Below, piece after piece: positions 8,882 through 17,679 of a stretch of DNA of 64,000 nt (its first letter is position 1; each line of letters starts with the position of its first letter). The stretch spans positions 8,367 to 72,366 of the forward strand of contig CAZNVG010000001.1 of NCBI GenBank assembly GCA_964576475.1, read 5' to 3'. Made by a program: the position numbers and the translations under genes. This stretch comes from an uncultured Candidatus Saccharibacteria bacterium. Lineage in GTDB: Bacteria; Patescibacteriota; Saccharimonadia; Saccharimonadales; CAZNVG01. Below the pieces are notes generated by a model. The model searched no databases. It worked only from the letters and a program-made list of their open reading frames with translations, and was not told the origin of the DNA.

Positions 8882-11403
8882 AAATATCGCTCCAATGGGC
8901 ACAGTACTTTAGCAATGTAGACCTCCGTACAATTTCGGATGAACTGCTGGTTTCCAAAATCGGATCGCAAATCGGAGAAGTCGAAGGCGTAGAGGACTGG
9001 GGCAAAAAATACAAAGGTGTTGTCGTCGCGAAAGTGGTGAGCTGCGAACCGCATCCCAACGCTGACAAGCTGCACGTTTGTCGCATAGACGACGGAGGAG
9101 TTGTAGAAGGAGTCGAGCGAGATACTGAAGGTCTGGTGCAAGTGGTTTGTGGAGCGCCAAATGTAACCAAAGACGTACTCGTCGCTTGGCTACCTCCAGG
9201 TGCAACAGTTCCAACTACGTTAGAGAAAGATCCGTTTGTGCTTGAGGCACGCGAATTAAGAGGTGTGGTTAGTAATGGTATGCTTGCAAGCCTGAAGGAG
9301 CTGGGCATTGCTGATGATCATAGCGGCATACTACTCATCGATTCTGAAGAAGTAGGCACAGAGCTTGCCAAACCTGGCACACCGTTTGAGAAGTTATATG
9401 GGCTAGATGACCTCGTTATAGATATTGAAAATAAAATGTTCACCCATAGACCAGATTGTTTTGGCGTGCTTGGTGTTGCTCGAGAAATCGCTGGCATCCA
9501 ATCGTTGTCATTTGAAAGTCCGAAATGGTACACAACGTCTCCTCAATTCGCTACTCCAGACCTACTGCCACTACGCGTCATGAATGAGGCACCTGATAGT
9601 GTGTATCGCTTCATGGCTGTAGCGATGAAGAATGTTCGAATGATACCAAGTCCTATCTGGCTACAAGCGGGATTGACTCGTGTCGGTATACGACCAATTA
9701 ATTATCTCGTAGACTTAACTAACTTCTACATGCATCTTACTGGTCAACCAATGCATGCCTATGACTACGATAAGGTGAAATCGCTTAGCGGTGAGAACGC
9801 AACGCTCGTAGCACGAGAGGCAACCAAGTCAGAGAAACTTACCTTGTTGAGTGGCAAGGAAGTACTCATCGATGCACCAAGCCTTGTGATTGCCACCGAC
9901 AAAGAAGCAATAGGATTAGCTGGGGTAATGGGCGGTGCAAATACTGAAGTGGATGAGACAACAACGAACATCATCCTAGAGTGCGCATCATTTGATATGT
10001 ATTCTATCCGACGCACTGCAATGAAATATGGGTTATTTACGGACGCAGTCACACGTTTCACTAAGGGGCAAAGCCCGTTGCAAAACGACTACATACTTGC
10101 CAAAATCATGGACGACATCATACAGAACACGGGTGCTGAGCAAGCAAGTGTCGTCTACGATCTGCATAATGAACTACCATCGTCGCCTGCTGTTACTGTT
10201 AGTACAGAGTTCATCAATGATCGCTTGGGCAGCGAACTATCAAGTGAACAGATGGCGAAACTTCTACAAAACGTAGAATTTAGTGTAGCCACAAATGATG
10301 CTGAAGGCTTGAGTGTTACTGCACCGTTCTGGCGAACTGATATTGAGCAGCCAGAAGATATAGTAGAAGAGGTTGGTCGACTCTATGGGTATGACAATCT
10401 ACCCATCCAGCTGCCAACTCGATCGTCATCACCTTCTCGACAAAGTACGATACTGTCATTGAAATCGCGCATACGATCCGCGCTAACAAGCGCCGGTGCC
10501 AATGAAGTGCTGACTTACAGTTTTGTGCACGGAGATTTGCTAGAAAAAGTATCACAGCCTGTTGACCAGGCATACAAGCTCACTAATGCGATTAGCCCTG
10601 ATCTACAATATTTCCGACTGAGTATTATTCCTAGCTTACTAGACAAGGTGTACATGAACGTACGCGCAGGATTTGACGAGTTTGGGATATTTGAACTGAA
10701 CAAAAGCCACGTGAAGCAGCATGGACTTGATGAGTTGCAGGTGCCGAAAGAAATAGAAGCCACAGCTTTCGTATTTGCTGCCAGTGACAAACATGCCAAG
10801 CAGTTGTCTGGATCAGCCTTTTACTATGCACGTGCATACTTAGATGAAATGGCACGACAGCTAGGCTTAAAGCTTGTCTACGACGTGATAAACGAAGAGT
10901 CAGCATATCCTGTAGCCCAGCCTTTCGACCAAACACGATCAGCAATGGTGAGAGACAGTAGAACGGGGACTGTCCTCGGTATGATTGGTGAGTTTAAGCA
11001 GTCGACTCTCAGAAGCTTGAAGCTACCTAAGTTTACAGCAGGATTTGAACTCGGTACCGATTTGTTACTTGGCTGCGTTGAGGATCATGTTGAATACATA
11101 CCGTTGTCTAAATTTCCGTCAACTGAACAAGACATCTGCCTCCAAGTAGATTCGAGCACTACGTATGCAGCGCTACAAGGCTGCATCTTAGATGCATTAG
11201 CGTTCATTGCAAAGGAGAAGCAATATCGCTTTGTGCTTACTCCTGTTGATGTCTATAGAGCCGAGGCTAGATCACAAAAGAACATTACTTTTAGAATTAC
11301 CTTGTCTCATCCTGAGCGTACTTTGGTCACCCGAGAGATAAACGAGTTGCTTGAGCATATTTCTACTGAAGCGCACGATAAACTTGCAGCGACTCGACAG
11401 TAG
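8878..11403 (+). CDS. pheT: phenylalanine--tRNA ligase beta subunit
   Basis: 841 aa with an N-terminal tRNA-binding domain followed by B3/4 and B5 domains. Immediately follows pheS. Confidence 0.9.
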   Translation: MKISLQWAQYFSNVDLRTISDELLVSKIGSQIGEVEGVEDWGKKYKGVVVAKVVSCEPHPNADKLHVCRIDDGGVVEGVERDTEGLVQVVCGAPNVTKDVLVAWLPPGATVPTTLEKDPFVLEARELRGVVSNGMLASLKELGIADDHSGILLIDSEEVGTELAKPGTPFEKLYGLDDLVIDIENKMFTHRPDCFGVLGVAREIAGIQSLSFESPKWYTTSPQFATPDLLPLRVMNEAPDSVYRFMAVAMKNVRMIPSPIWLQAGLTRVGIRPINYLVDLTNFYMHLTGQPMHAYDYDKVKSLSGENATLVAREATKSEKLTLLSGKEVLIDAPSLVIATDKEAIGLAGVMGGANTEVDETTTNIILECASFDMYSIRRTAMKYGLFTDAVTRFTKGQSPLQNDYILAKIMDDIIQNTGAEQASVVYDLHNELPSSPAVTVSTEFINDRLGSELSSEQMAKLLQNVEFSVATNDAEGLSVTAPFWRTDIEQPEDIVEEVGRLYGYDNLPIQLPTRSSSPSRQSTILSLKSRIRSALTSAGANEVLTYSFVHGDLLEKVSQPVDQAYKLTNAISPDLQYFRLSIIPSLLDKVYMNVRAGFDEFGIFELNKSHVKQHGLDELQVPKEIEATAFVFAASDKHAKQLSGSAFYYARAYLDEMARQLGLKLVYDVINEESAYPVAQPFDQTRSAMVRDSRTGTVLGMIGEFKQSTLRSLKLPKFTAGFELGTDLLLGCVEDHVEYIPLSKFPSTEQDICLQVDSSTTYAALQGCILDALAFIAKEKQYRFVLTPVDVYRAEARSQKNITFRITLSHPERTLVTREINELLEHISTEAHDKLAATRQ

Positions 11404-11411
11404 ATATTTAC

Positions 11412-11442
11412 TTGTAATTTTTTAATTAAAGTGGCATAATCC
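11412..11442 (+). promoter_or_regulatory. sigma70-like promoter with extended -10 (TTGTAA, 17-nt spacer, TGgCATAAT)
   Basis: Near-consensus hexamers with 17-bp spacing. A perfect hairpin GCTCGC-TTTG-GCGAGC lies just downstream. Confidence 0.4.
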
Positions 11443-11560
11443 TTCAAGCTCGCTTTGCGAGCGAACCTTAACAGGCGTGGTACACCACCGGACAATCTGG
11501 ATGGCTCTTTTAGGTATATATGATTTTCTATATCTAAATGAGTTATTCAGAAATGTCCTA

Positions 11561-11628
11561 GGGGGCGCGAGGCAGGTAGTTGGGGGTTATAGCCTAAACT
11601 ACGCAGGGTTCGAATCCCGCCGTCTCCA
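11561..11628 (+). ncRNA. tRNA-like element: GGGGGCG 5' strand pairs with CGUCUCC 3' strand (2 G.U pairs), T-loop GGTTCGAATCC, discriminator A, internal 6-bp hairpin GTAGTT/AACTAC. Not a canonical cloverleaf
   Basis: Seen directly in the sequence. It is only 68 nt, has no D-arm or anticodon-arm solution, and the T-stem has mismatches. It could be a degenerate tRNA or tmRNA 3' fragment, or an att-site remnant. Confidence 0.3.
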
Positions 11629-11776
11629 CTGGGTTAGCTAGCATATGGACTTTCACTAGTTCCTCAAATGCGAAAAGCGACGGATAAGCAACGCCGTTGC
11701 CTGCTAACCCGCCAATCGTTCGTTTCCATCGATGACCATCAGGTTATCCAGAGCACCACCGAGAGGGGGTGATTGA

Positions 11777-11923
11777 ATGGGTAAGTTCACGGGGACCAGC
11801 AAGCCTTCCGGGGCGGTCAACAACGTGCGGGTCACCTGCGGCAACTGTCGGAACACTTACTATGTGAACCCAAATCTCGCAAGGAGAATGGGGGGATCCA
11901 GGTGTCCGAAGTGCGGCAAGTAG
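11777..11923 (+). CDS. 48-aa zinc-ribbon miniprotein (MGKFTGTSKPSGAVNNVRVTCGNCRNTYYVNPNLARRMGGSRCPKCGK)
   Basis: SD GAGGGGGTGA 6 nt upstream of the ATG. Two CxxC pairs. Lies in a visibly GC-rich segment and is below the ORF-track size cutoff. Confidence 0.4.
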   Translation: MGKFTGTSKPSGAVNNVRVTCGNCRNTYYVNPNLARRMGGSRCPKCGK

Positions 11924-11930
11924 CCCACCC

Positions 11931-12368
11931 ATGGAAACGAACAGTTCTCTTACCAGAGAAATTGACGAAGGCTTAACATGCCATCATCAATCGCGTACCA
12001 CGCCTGTTAGTTTCCAAGTTATGAAAAGTCAAGAACTACACACGATTATTAAAGAACGAGTAGCCGCTGGCGAGAGTCGAGCGGTACTACGATTTATCCA
12101 ACAGAATGAAAGTGCCGAAACGCTTATACCCGAATGTCCTGGCTGTGATCAAAAGATTAAATATCGCGCTGAATCAACAGCAAAGCGCATGGGCGAGGCA
12201 GTCGTAAAGGTGGTTTGCAATATATACGAAGATGGCAGATGGAATCGCGAAGAAGATTGGCACGACACTTGCTACCATGACGCGGGCGATCCATACGGCG
12301 AAGTACTAGATGGAAGAGAAGCAGGACGAGCCACTCAGCGCAGCAAGAGCGAAGCCGCAATTGAGTAG
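11931..12368 (+). CDS. hypothetical Cys/His-containing protein (CPGC...C..C.H), start uncertain (alternative ATG at 12021)
   Basis: ORF with a possible zinc-binding motif ECPGCDQ...CNIYEDGRWNREEDWHDTCYH. No SD at either candidate start. Confidence 0.35.
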   Translation: METNSSLTREIDEGLTCHHQSRTTPVSFQVMKSQELHTIIKERVAAGESRAVLRFIQQNESAETLIPECPGCDQKIKYRAESTAKRMGEAVVKVVCNIYEDGRWNREEDWHDTCYHDAGDPYGEVLDGREAGRATQRSKSEAAIE

Positions 12369-12401
12369 TGCATCAACTACAATGTACCGTACAATAGTCT
12401 C

Positions 12402-14192
12402 ATGAAACATATATGGAGAATTATTCGCTATTCGCGCGAGTTATGGCCGCTATACGTAGCGATTAGCTTCTTCACTATAGTCTTGGCACTACTTAATCAG
12501 TCGATACCGATACTGACGAAAGTAGGACTGGATGAAATATCAAATCTCATAAGTGGCCTTCCTGCATCGCAACAAAAGGTTATTTGGGTGGTTGTCATCA
12601 TTTTCCTGGTTGATGTTGCCTCGACGATTAGTTCAAACATCGGCGGCTATTATGGTGATATTTTAGCGCAGAGACTACGTAAACTGCTTAGTGAAAAATA
12701 CTATGAACACCTCCTCAAGCTGCCGCAAACGTATTATGACGGAGAGCTCAGCGGCAAGATTATATCCAGGCTAAATCGAAGCATCTCGCAGATAACCAAC
12801 TTTATGAACATGCTGAGTAATAACTTCTTGCAGTTTATTCTCTCAACAGTATTTACACTTGTCATTGTTGCTTACTACAGCTGGGAAGTCGCACTTATGC
12901 TCGGCCTTCTGTACCCAATTTTCTTGTACCTAACGTCAAGAACTTCAAGTAAGTGGCAGAAATGGCAACACAAACTTAATCATCATTTAGATGTGGCAGG
13001 CGGCCGATTTGCTGAAGCAATCAGCCAGATTAAAGTTGTCAAAACCTTCCTTTATGAAGATCGCGAGTTGAAGTTTCTCAAGCGTGAGTTTGGCGAAACG
13101 CTACTCATAGGCCGCAGGCAATCAGCCTACTGGCACAAACAAGACGTCGGACGGCGTCTAGTACTAAATATAATATTCTTCGCTGTATATGGATTCATAT
13201 TCGTTCGCGCAGGACAGGGTCGCTTTACTATTCCCGAGATGGTTCTGCTTATTCAATACGCAAACTATATACGTATTCCAATTTTCAGTATGAGCTTTAT
13301 TGTCGACAACACACAGCGTGCTATTGCAGATAGCAAGGATTTCTTTGAAGTAATGGCCATTGAGCCTGCAATATCTGACAAGCCTCACGCTGCAGATTTA
13401 CAAGTTGGCGATGCAAGCATTGAGTTCCGACACGTAAGCTTTGCCTATGATGATGAGCCGGTTCTGAAGGGCGTAAACTTCACAATACCCAAGGATAGTA
13501 AAGTTGCGCTCGTCGGCGAAAGCGGTGAAGGTAAAACAACCCTGACTAACCTATTGCTACGACTTTATGAACCACAGAAAGGTGCAATCTTTATTGACGA
13601 ACAAGACATCTCAGCAGTTACGCAATCTAGCCTCAGAGAAAACATTGGTGTTGTGTTTCAGGAACCCGCGTTATTCTCAGGGACTATTAGGGAAAATATA
13701 GCGTACGGTCGGCCAAAAGCAACATTAGCTCAGATTCAAGCGGCAGCAAAAGCAGCTAATGCCCATGAGTTTATAGAAAAATTCGAGAAAGAATACGACA
13801 CAGAGATTGGCGAGCGAGGTCTAAAACTTAGTGGCGGTCAGAAGCAACGAATTGCAATCGCCCGTGCACTACTCAAGGACGCGCCTATTTTGATTCTTGA
13901 CGAGGCAACGAGCAGCCTCGACAACAGATCTGAACGTCTTGTACAAGAAGCACTAGAGCGTCTTATGAAAAATCGTACAACTATAATCATTGCGCACAGA
14001 CTCAGTACTATCGCAGACGTGGATATCATTGTGACACTGACAAAAGGCAAAGTAGATGAAATTGGATCTCCTAAAGAGCTTGCGAAAACAAACGGCATCT
14101 ACTCGCAGCTGCTTGATCTGCAACGGGGCGGAAATACATCTACAGCTAAGCTCAAAGAGTTTGATTTAGAAGTTGCTAAAACTGAGTTGTGA
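12402..14192 (+). CDS. ABC transporter, fused permease/ATP-binding (type I exporter, MsbA-like)
   Basis: N-terminal 6-TM domain. Walker A GESGEGKTT, signature LSGGQKQR, Walker B ILILDEATS. Confidence 0.85.
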   Translation: MKHIWRIIRYSRELWPLYVAISFFTIVLALLNQSIPILTKVGLDEISNLISGLPASQQKVIWVVVIIFLVDVASTISSNIGGYYGDILAQRLRKLLSEKYYEHLLKLPQTYYDGELSGKIISRLNRSISQITNFMNMLSNNFLQFILSTVFTLVIVAYYSWEVALMLGLLYPIFLYLTSRTSSKWQKWQHKLNHHLDVAGGRFAEAISQIKVVKTFLYEDRELKFLKREFGETLLIGRRQSAYWHKQDVGRRLVLNIIFFAVYGFIFVRAGQGRFTIPEMVLLIQYANYIRIPIFSMSFIVDNTQRAIADSKDFFEVMAIEPAISDKPHAADLQVGDASIEFRHVSFAYDDEPVLKGVNFTIPKDSKVALVGESGEGKTTLTNLLLRLYEPQKGAIFIDEQDISAVTQSSLRENIGVVFQEPALFSGTIRENIAYGRPKATLAQIQAAAKAANAHEFIEKFEKEYDTEIGERGLKLSGGQKQRIAIARALLKDAPILILDEATSSLDNRSERLVQEALERLMKNRTTIIIAHRLSTIADVDIIVTLTKGKVDEIGSPKELAKTNGIYSQLLDLQRGGNTSTAKLKEFDLEVAKTEL

Positions 14193-14200
14193 TCTGAAAG

Positions 14201-14539
14201 CTACGAACTAGCCTCAGTGTCCATCTTATCCCGTCTACTGCCACCAATAAGTAGTGCGCCCGATGCTGCTACGAGCGTTCCGCTTAAAACAACCGTTGGC
14301 CACATTAAGTCATCCCATATTTCATCTGTCGCTTGCCGGTACTCATCCCTAACGTCCTTACTGATTCGCTCATCGCTGACGACAGTTTCGTACGCAGATA
14401 TTGTGGCAACCCTATCAACCGAATGAGACATCACCAGCCAGACAGCAGTAGTACCTAACACTGATGCCACGACACGGAGTGATCCCTTTTTACGCTCCGG
14501 TTTATTGTCCCTGGTTGATTCCGTATTTTTCATATGCAT
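14201..14539 (-). CDS. small membrane protein, hypothetical
   Basis: 112-aa ORF with two hydrophobic segments. Divergent from the NUDIX gene. Confidence 0.35.
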   Translation of the reverse strand: MHMKNTESTRDNKPERKKGSLRVVASVLGTTAVWLVMSHSVDRVATISAYETVVSDERISKDVRDEYRQATDEIWDDLMWPTVVLSGTLVAASGALLIGGSRRDKMDTEASS

Positions 14540-14580
14540 ACGGTACTACAATTTTGTGTATTGCGCGAATCGGCTAATCG

Positions 14581-15084
14581 ATGTTTCTGTTGTATCATGC
14601 TTGCATGAACGAGGACTATCAACCCAACTATCAAAACACATCGCGTAAGGTCGCGAGAGCCGTGCTGCTGCATGATAGCCATGTTCTTCTCATCAAGCGT
14701 CATACGGCAACCCAAGATTTCTACGCTTTTCCTGGCGGCGGCGTTGAGGCTAATGAATCATTTGAGCACGCGGTTGTTCGAGAGCTTAACGAGGAGGCCT
14801 CAATTATCGCAGCAGTAGAGCGTTTAGTGTATGTTTACACATCTCCCAAATGGGGAAAACAACAGTTCTACAAGTGTCGGTATATTTCTGGTGAACCCTT
14901 GCTACGAGCAGATAGTATTGAAGCTCAAATACAGGAACATGAGGAAAACAGTTTTACCCCAATGTGGGTGGATGTTGCGTCTTTGTCTAGTCTCGCTGTG
15001 TATCCAAGCCCTCTTGTAGACCAGCTCATAAAAGATATTGCCTCCGGGTTTGCAGCTAAAGTTCAGCATTTTACCGACGACTAA
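14581..15084 (+). CDS. NUDIX hydrolase
   Basis: Nudix box GGGVEANESFEHAVVRELNEEASI. Confidence 0.7.
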   Translation: MFLLYHACMNEDYQPNYQNTSRKVARAVLLHDSHVLLIKRHTATQDFYAFPGGGVEANESFEHAVVRELNEEASIIAAVERLVYVYTSPKWGKQQFYKCRYISGEPLLRADSIEAQIQEHEENSFTPMWVDVASLSSLAVYPSPLVDQLIKDIASGFAAKVQHFTDD

Positions 15085-15121
15085 TGCTATAATAAAATTT
15101 CGTAAATTGAGGGAGAATATT

Positions 15122-15637
15122 GTGGCGACAAGCAATTCGCAGCGAGTAAGTATTATTATAATTTTAGTATTGTTTGCACTTATGGGGGCGGGCGGAACAC
15201 TACTGACAATATTTGGCGCTGACAAAAACGAGTCGTCGACAAGTACTACAACCAACCCTAATGAACTACAAGGAAAACCAATGAAAGACTTTACGCCAGT
15301 TGCAAAAATTGAAAAACTTGAAATTATTGACCAGAAGGTAGGCGACGGCCAAGAAGCAAAAGCGACTGACACTGTTACCGCCCACTACACTGGTGCAGTC
15401 GCAGCAACTGGTAAAGTCTTTCAGAGTTCATATGACACCGGCCAACCTGCTACATTCCCTCTTAGCCAAGTAATTAAAGGCTGGACAGACGGTGTTCCCG
15501 GCATGAAAGTTGGTGGCAAGCGACGACTATTAATTCCTGCTGCGCTAGCATATGGTGAACAGTCGCCAGAAGGCTCAGGAATTCCTGCAAACGCAGACCT
15601 CGTGTTCGACATCGAGCTCGTATCTATTGGCGAATAG
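15122..15637 (+). CDS. FKBP-type peptidyl-prolyl cis-trans isomerase with N-terminal membrane anchor
   Basis: FKBP core VTAHYTG...GKVFQSSYD...IKGWTDGVPGMKVGGKRRLLIP...LVFDIELVSI. Start set at the in-frame GTG preceded by GAGGGAG; the track ORF start overlaps the NUDIX gene. Confidence 0.7.
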   Translation: MATSNSQRVSIIIILVLFALMGAGGTLLTIFGADKNESSTSTTTNPNELQGKPMKDFTPVAKIEKLEIIDQKVGDGQEAKATDTVTAHYTGAVAATGKVFQSSYDTGQPATFPLSQVIKGWTDGVPGMKVGGKRRLLIPAALAYGEQSPEGSGIPANADLVFDIELVSIGE

Positions 15638-15676
15638 GACAACACCTCAATAGATCAAATAAGTAGTTAAAATTAC

Positions 15677-15719
15677 TATATATGGTGCCTTGACATAAGC
15701 ACAATGCACCATATATACT
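15677..15719 (+). promoter_or_regulatory. promoter (TTGACA 15690-15695, TATACT 15714-15719) bracketed by a perfect 12-bp inverted repeat TATATATGGTGC / GCACCATATATA (arms 15677-15688 and 15706-15717)
   Basis: Seen directly. The IR arms flank the -35 and overlap the -10, upstream of the glutaredoxin-like gene. This is a candidate operator. Confidence 0.4.
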
Positions 15720-15758
15720 TGATTTCAGAAACGATTAAAACGAAAACAGAGGGAAATT

Positions 15759-16007
15759 ATGGCTAAAAACATCACCATATATACAAGTAACACGTGTGCT
15801 TACTGCGTCATGGTAAAGAAATGGCTCAAGCTAAAGGGACATAACTACGATGAGGTAAACATCGAGACAAATCCTGAGCGACAGCCAGAAATGATGCAGG
15901 CTAGCGGACAAATGGCAGTACCTGTAACTATCATTACTAAAGAGGATGATAGTCGTGAAGTTGTTGTCGGTTATAACATTGCTAAACTAGCTCCGGCAGT
16001 TGCGTAA
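15759..16007 (+). CDS. glutaredoxin-like protein (NrdH/Grx family, CAYC active site)
   Basis: MAKNITIYTSNTCAYCVMVKKWL...PVTII is a thioredoxin-fold glutaredoxin signature. Confidence 0.65.
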   Translation: MAKNITIYTSNTCAYCVMVKKWLKLKGHNYDEVNIETNPERQPEMMQASGQMAVPVTIITKEDDSREVVVGYNIAKLAPAVA

Positions 16008-16031
16008 AATAGACTGTGCGATAATACAGTC

Positions 16032-16688
16032 GTGACCTCACAAAAAACTGTTCTTCTCGATTTTGACGGTACCGTAGCTGACTCTTTTGCTATGGCCGTT
16101 GATATTGCTCAGACGTTACTTAAAGCCTACGAATATCCTGTGCCTACTCAGGAGGAAATATTTGCCATGCGTGAATTGTCTGCTGCGCAGATCATAAAGG
16201 CAGCCAAGATTTCGCCAAGACACATACCAGCAATGGTTAAATACGTACGCGGCGAGCAAAAAAGTAGGATCAATACAGTAAAGCCGATACACGGTATCGA
16301 ACCAGTGCTCAAACAGCTCGCCAAGAGCTATCACTTGGGTATTGTTAGTTCATCGGATGCGCCGCTCATTCAGAATTTTCTTAAGAAGTACGAACTAGAT
16401 CACGTCATTACATCGGTTATTGGTGGGGCTGGTATATTTCAGAAGCATCGCTCTATACGTCGTTATATGAAGAAGCACAAATTGCACAATGATGACGTCG
16501 TTTATATTGGCGACGAAGCCAGGGACGTTGATGCTGCTCGCAAGGCTCGTGTTGGTTCGATCTCTGTTAACTGGGGATTTAATGGCATGAAGCCACTTAC
16601 TAAAGCCGGTCCCGATATACTTGTAACGAAAGTAAGTGATTTAGCGGCGGCAGTTAATACAATGTTTTCTAATAACGAGGATGATTAG
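16032..16688 (+). CDS. HAD-superfamily hydrolase (subfamily IA, phosphatase-like)
   Basis: Motif I LLDFDGTVADS and a C-terminal GDEARD motif. Confidence 0.65.
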   Translation: MTSQKTVLLDFDGTVADSFAMAVDIAQTLLKAYEYPVPTQEEIFAMRELSAAQIIKAAKISPRHIPAMVKYVRGEQKSRINTVKPIHGIEPVLKQLAKSYHLGIVSSSDAPLIQNFLKKYELDHVITSVIGGAGIFQKHRSIRRYMKKHKLHNDDVVYIGDEARDVDAARKARVGSISVNWGFNGMKPLTKAGPDILVTKVSDLAAAVNTMFSNNEDD

Positions 16689-16689
16689 T

Positions 16690-17679
16690 ATGGATGATTC
16701 AGTTGTTGACGTAGCAATAATCGGGGCTGGTCCCGCTGGCTTAAGTGCCGCAATTTACACAACACGAGAAGACCTAAAAACAGTGCTATTCGATAAGGGT
16801 GTCATCGGTGGACTCGCCGCAATTACTGACTGGGTAGACAACTATCCAGGATTCAAGGATGGTGTAAGTGGTCTCGCGCTAGCAGAGCAACTTCAGGCTC
16901 AAGCAGAACGATTCGGTGCCGACATTCGACTCGGAGAAGTCACCAAAATTTCAGAAGATAAAGGCCTCAAGCTACTCGATACAACAGAAGGTCCGCTTCA
17001 CGCACGCAGTGTATTAATTGCTACAGGTAGCGAATATAAAATGCTTGGCATACCGGGGGAGAAAGAATTCTACGGACGGGGTGTGCACTACTGCGCTACG
17101 TGTGACGGCGCTTTTTACAGAGACAAGCGTCTCGTCGTAATAGGCGGAGGTAACTCTGCCGTACAAGAAGCTTTATTTTTAACCAAATTTGCATCACATA
17201 TAGACCTGCTCGCACGTTCGACAGTCAAAGCCAGCGAGGTTCTACAACACGAGCTAGAAAAGAACGACAAAATTACTGTCCATGAGGGCATTACTCCGAT
17301 TGAGATAGTTGGCGACAAAGCACCAGCCGATGGCGGGAAAATAGTTCGGGTTGCTGCGAAGAAAACTGACGGGGGCGATAGTGTTGATTTTGAAACAGAT
17401 GGCGTGTTCGTGTTTATAGGATTGAAACCGCAGAGCGAATTTGTTCAAAATAGTGCTATTGAGCTTGATGAAGTAGGGCTAATAAAAACTGACGAGATGC
17501 TCGAGACTTCAATTCCAGGTGTATTCTGTGCGGGTGATGTACGACATAACGCTACTATGCAAATTGCCAGTGCTGTCGGCGAAGGTGCGACTGCTGCGTT
17601 AAAAATCCGTGAATACCTGGAAGGCGTTGAGCGTGGCGAAAAACCAAGCCTTACAACCCAGTCTGCTGCTAAAGACTAG
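16690..17679 (+). CDS. trxB: thioredoxin-disulfide reductase
   Basis: FAD-binding site IIGAGPAGLSAA, redox-active CATCDG, NADPH-binding GGGNSA. Start set at the ATG 8 nt after GAGGA. Confidence 0.85.
   Translation: MDDSVVDVAIIGAGPAGLSAAIYTTREDLKTVLFDKGVIGGLAAITDWVDNYPGFKDGVSGLALAEQLQAQAERFGADIRLGEVTKISEDKGLKLLDTTEGPLHARSVLIATGSEYKMLGIPGEKEFYGRGVHYCATCDGAFYRDKRLVVIGGGNSAVQEALFLTKFASHIDLLARSTVKASEVLQHELEKNDKITVHEGITPIEIVGDKAPADGGKIVRVAAKKTDGGDSVDFETDGVFVFIGLKPQSEFVQNSAIELDEVGLIKTDEMLETSIPGVFCAGDVRHNATMQIASAVGEGATAALKIREYLEGVERGEKPSLTTQSAAKD

Noticed and set aside
8821-11495. Multiple minus-strand ORFs (for example 8832-9308, 10316-10945) inside pheT
   Set aside because: They lie fully inside a high-confidence conserved gene on the opposite strand and have no RBS or family resemblance.
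11561-11628. Canonical tRNA gene
   Set aside because: No D-arm or anticodon-arm solution exists within 68 nt. U8 is C and the T-stem has two mismatches. Needs tRNAscan/ARAGORN to settle.
11560-11800. RNase P RNA or SRP RNA in the GC-rich segment
   Set aside because: A short match to AGGCAGGTA and a CCGGAAGG-like hairpin were noticed. The conserved RNase P CR-I (GGAAAGUCCGGGCUCC) and SRP domain IV consensus are absent. The hairpin lies inside a well-supported small ORF.
11404-11930. Full-length tmRNA (ssrA) gene
   Set aside because: The 5' acceptor strand and the T-arm/3' acceptor strand are only about 47 nt apart. That leaves no room for a tag-peptide reading frame or pseudoknots. No ...ALAA-type tag ORF lies downstream, and the gene order is wrong for a permuted two-piece tmRNA. 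Kept only as a tRNA-like element.
15672-15720. NrdR boxes
   Set aside because: The AT-rich palindrome resembles NrdR-box cores, but the downstream gene is a stand-alone glutaredoxin, no nrd genes are nearby, and the match to the consensus is partial. Reported only as a generic operator-like IR.
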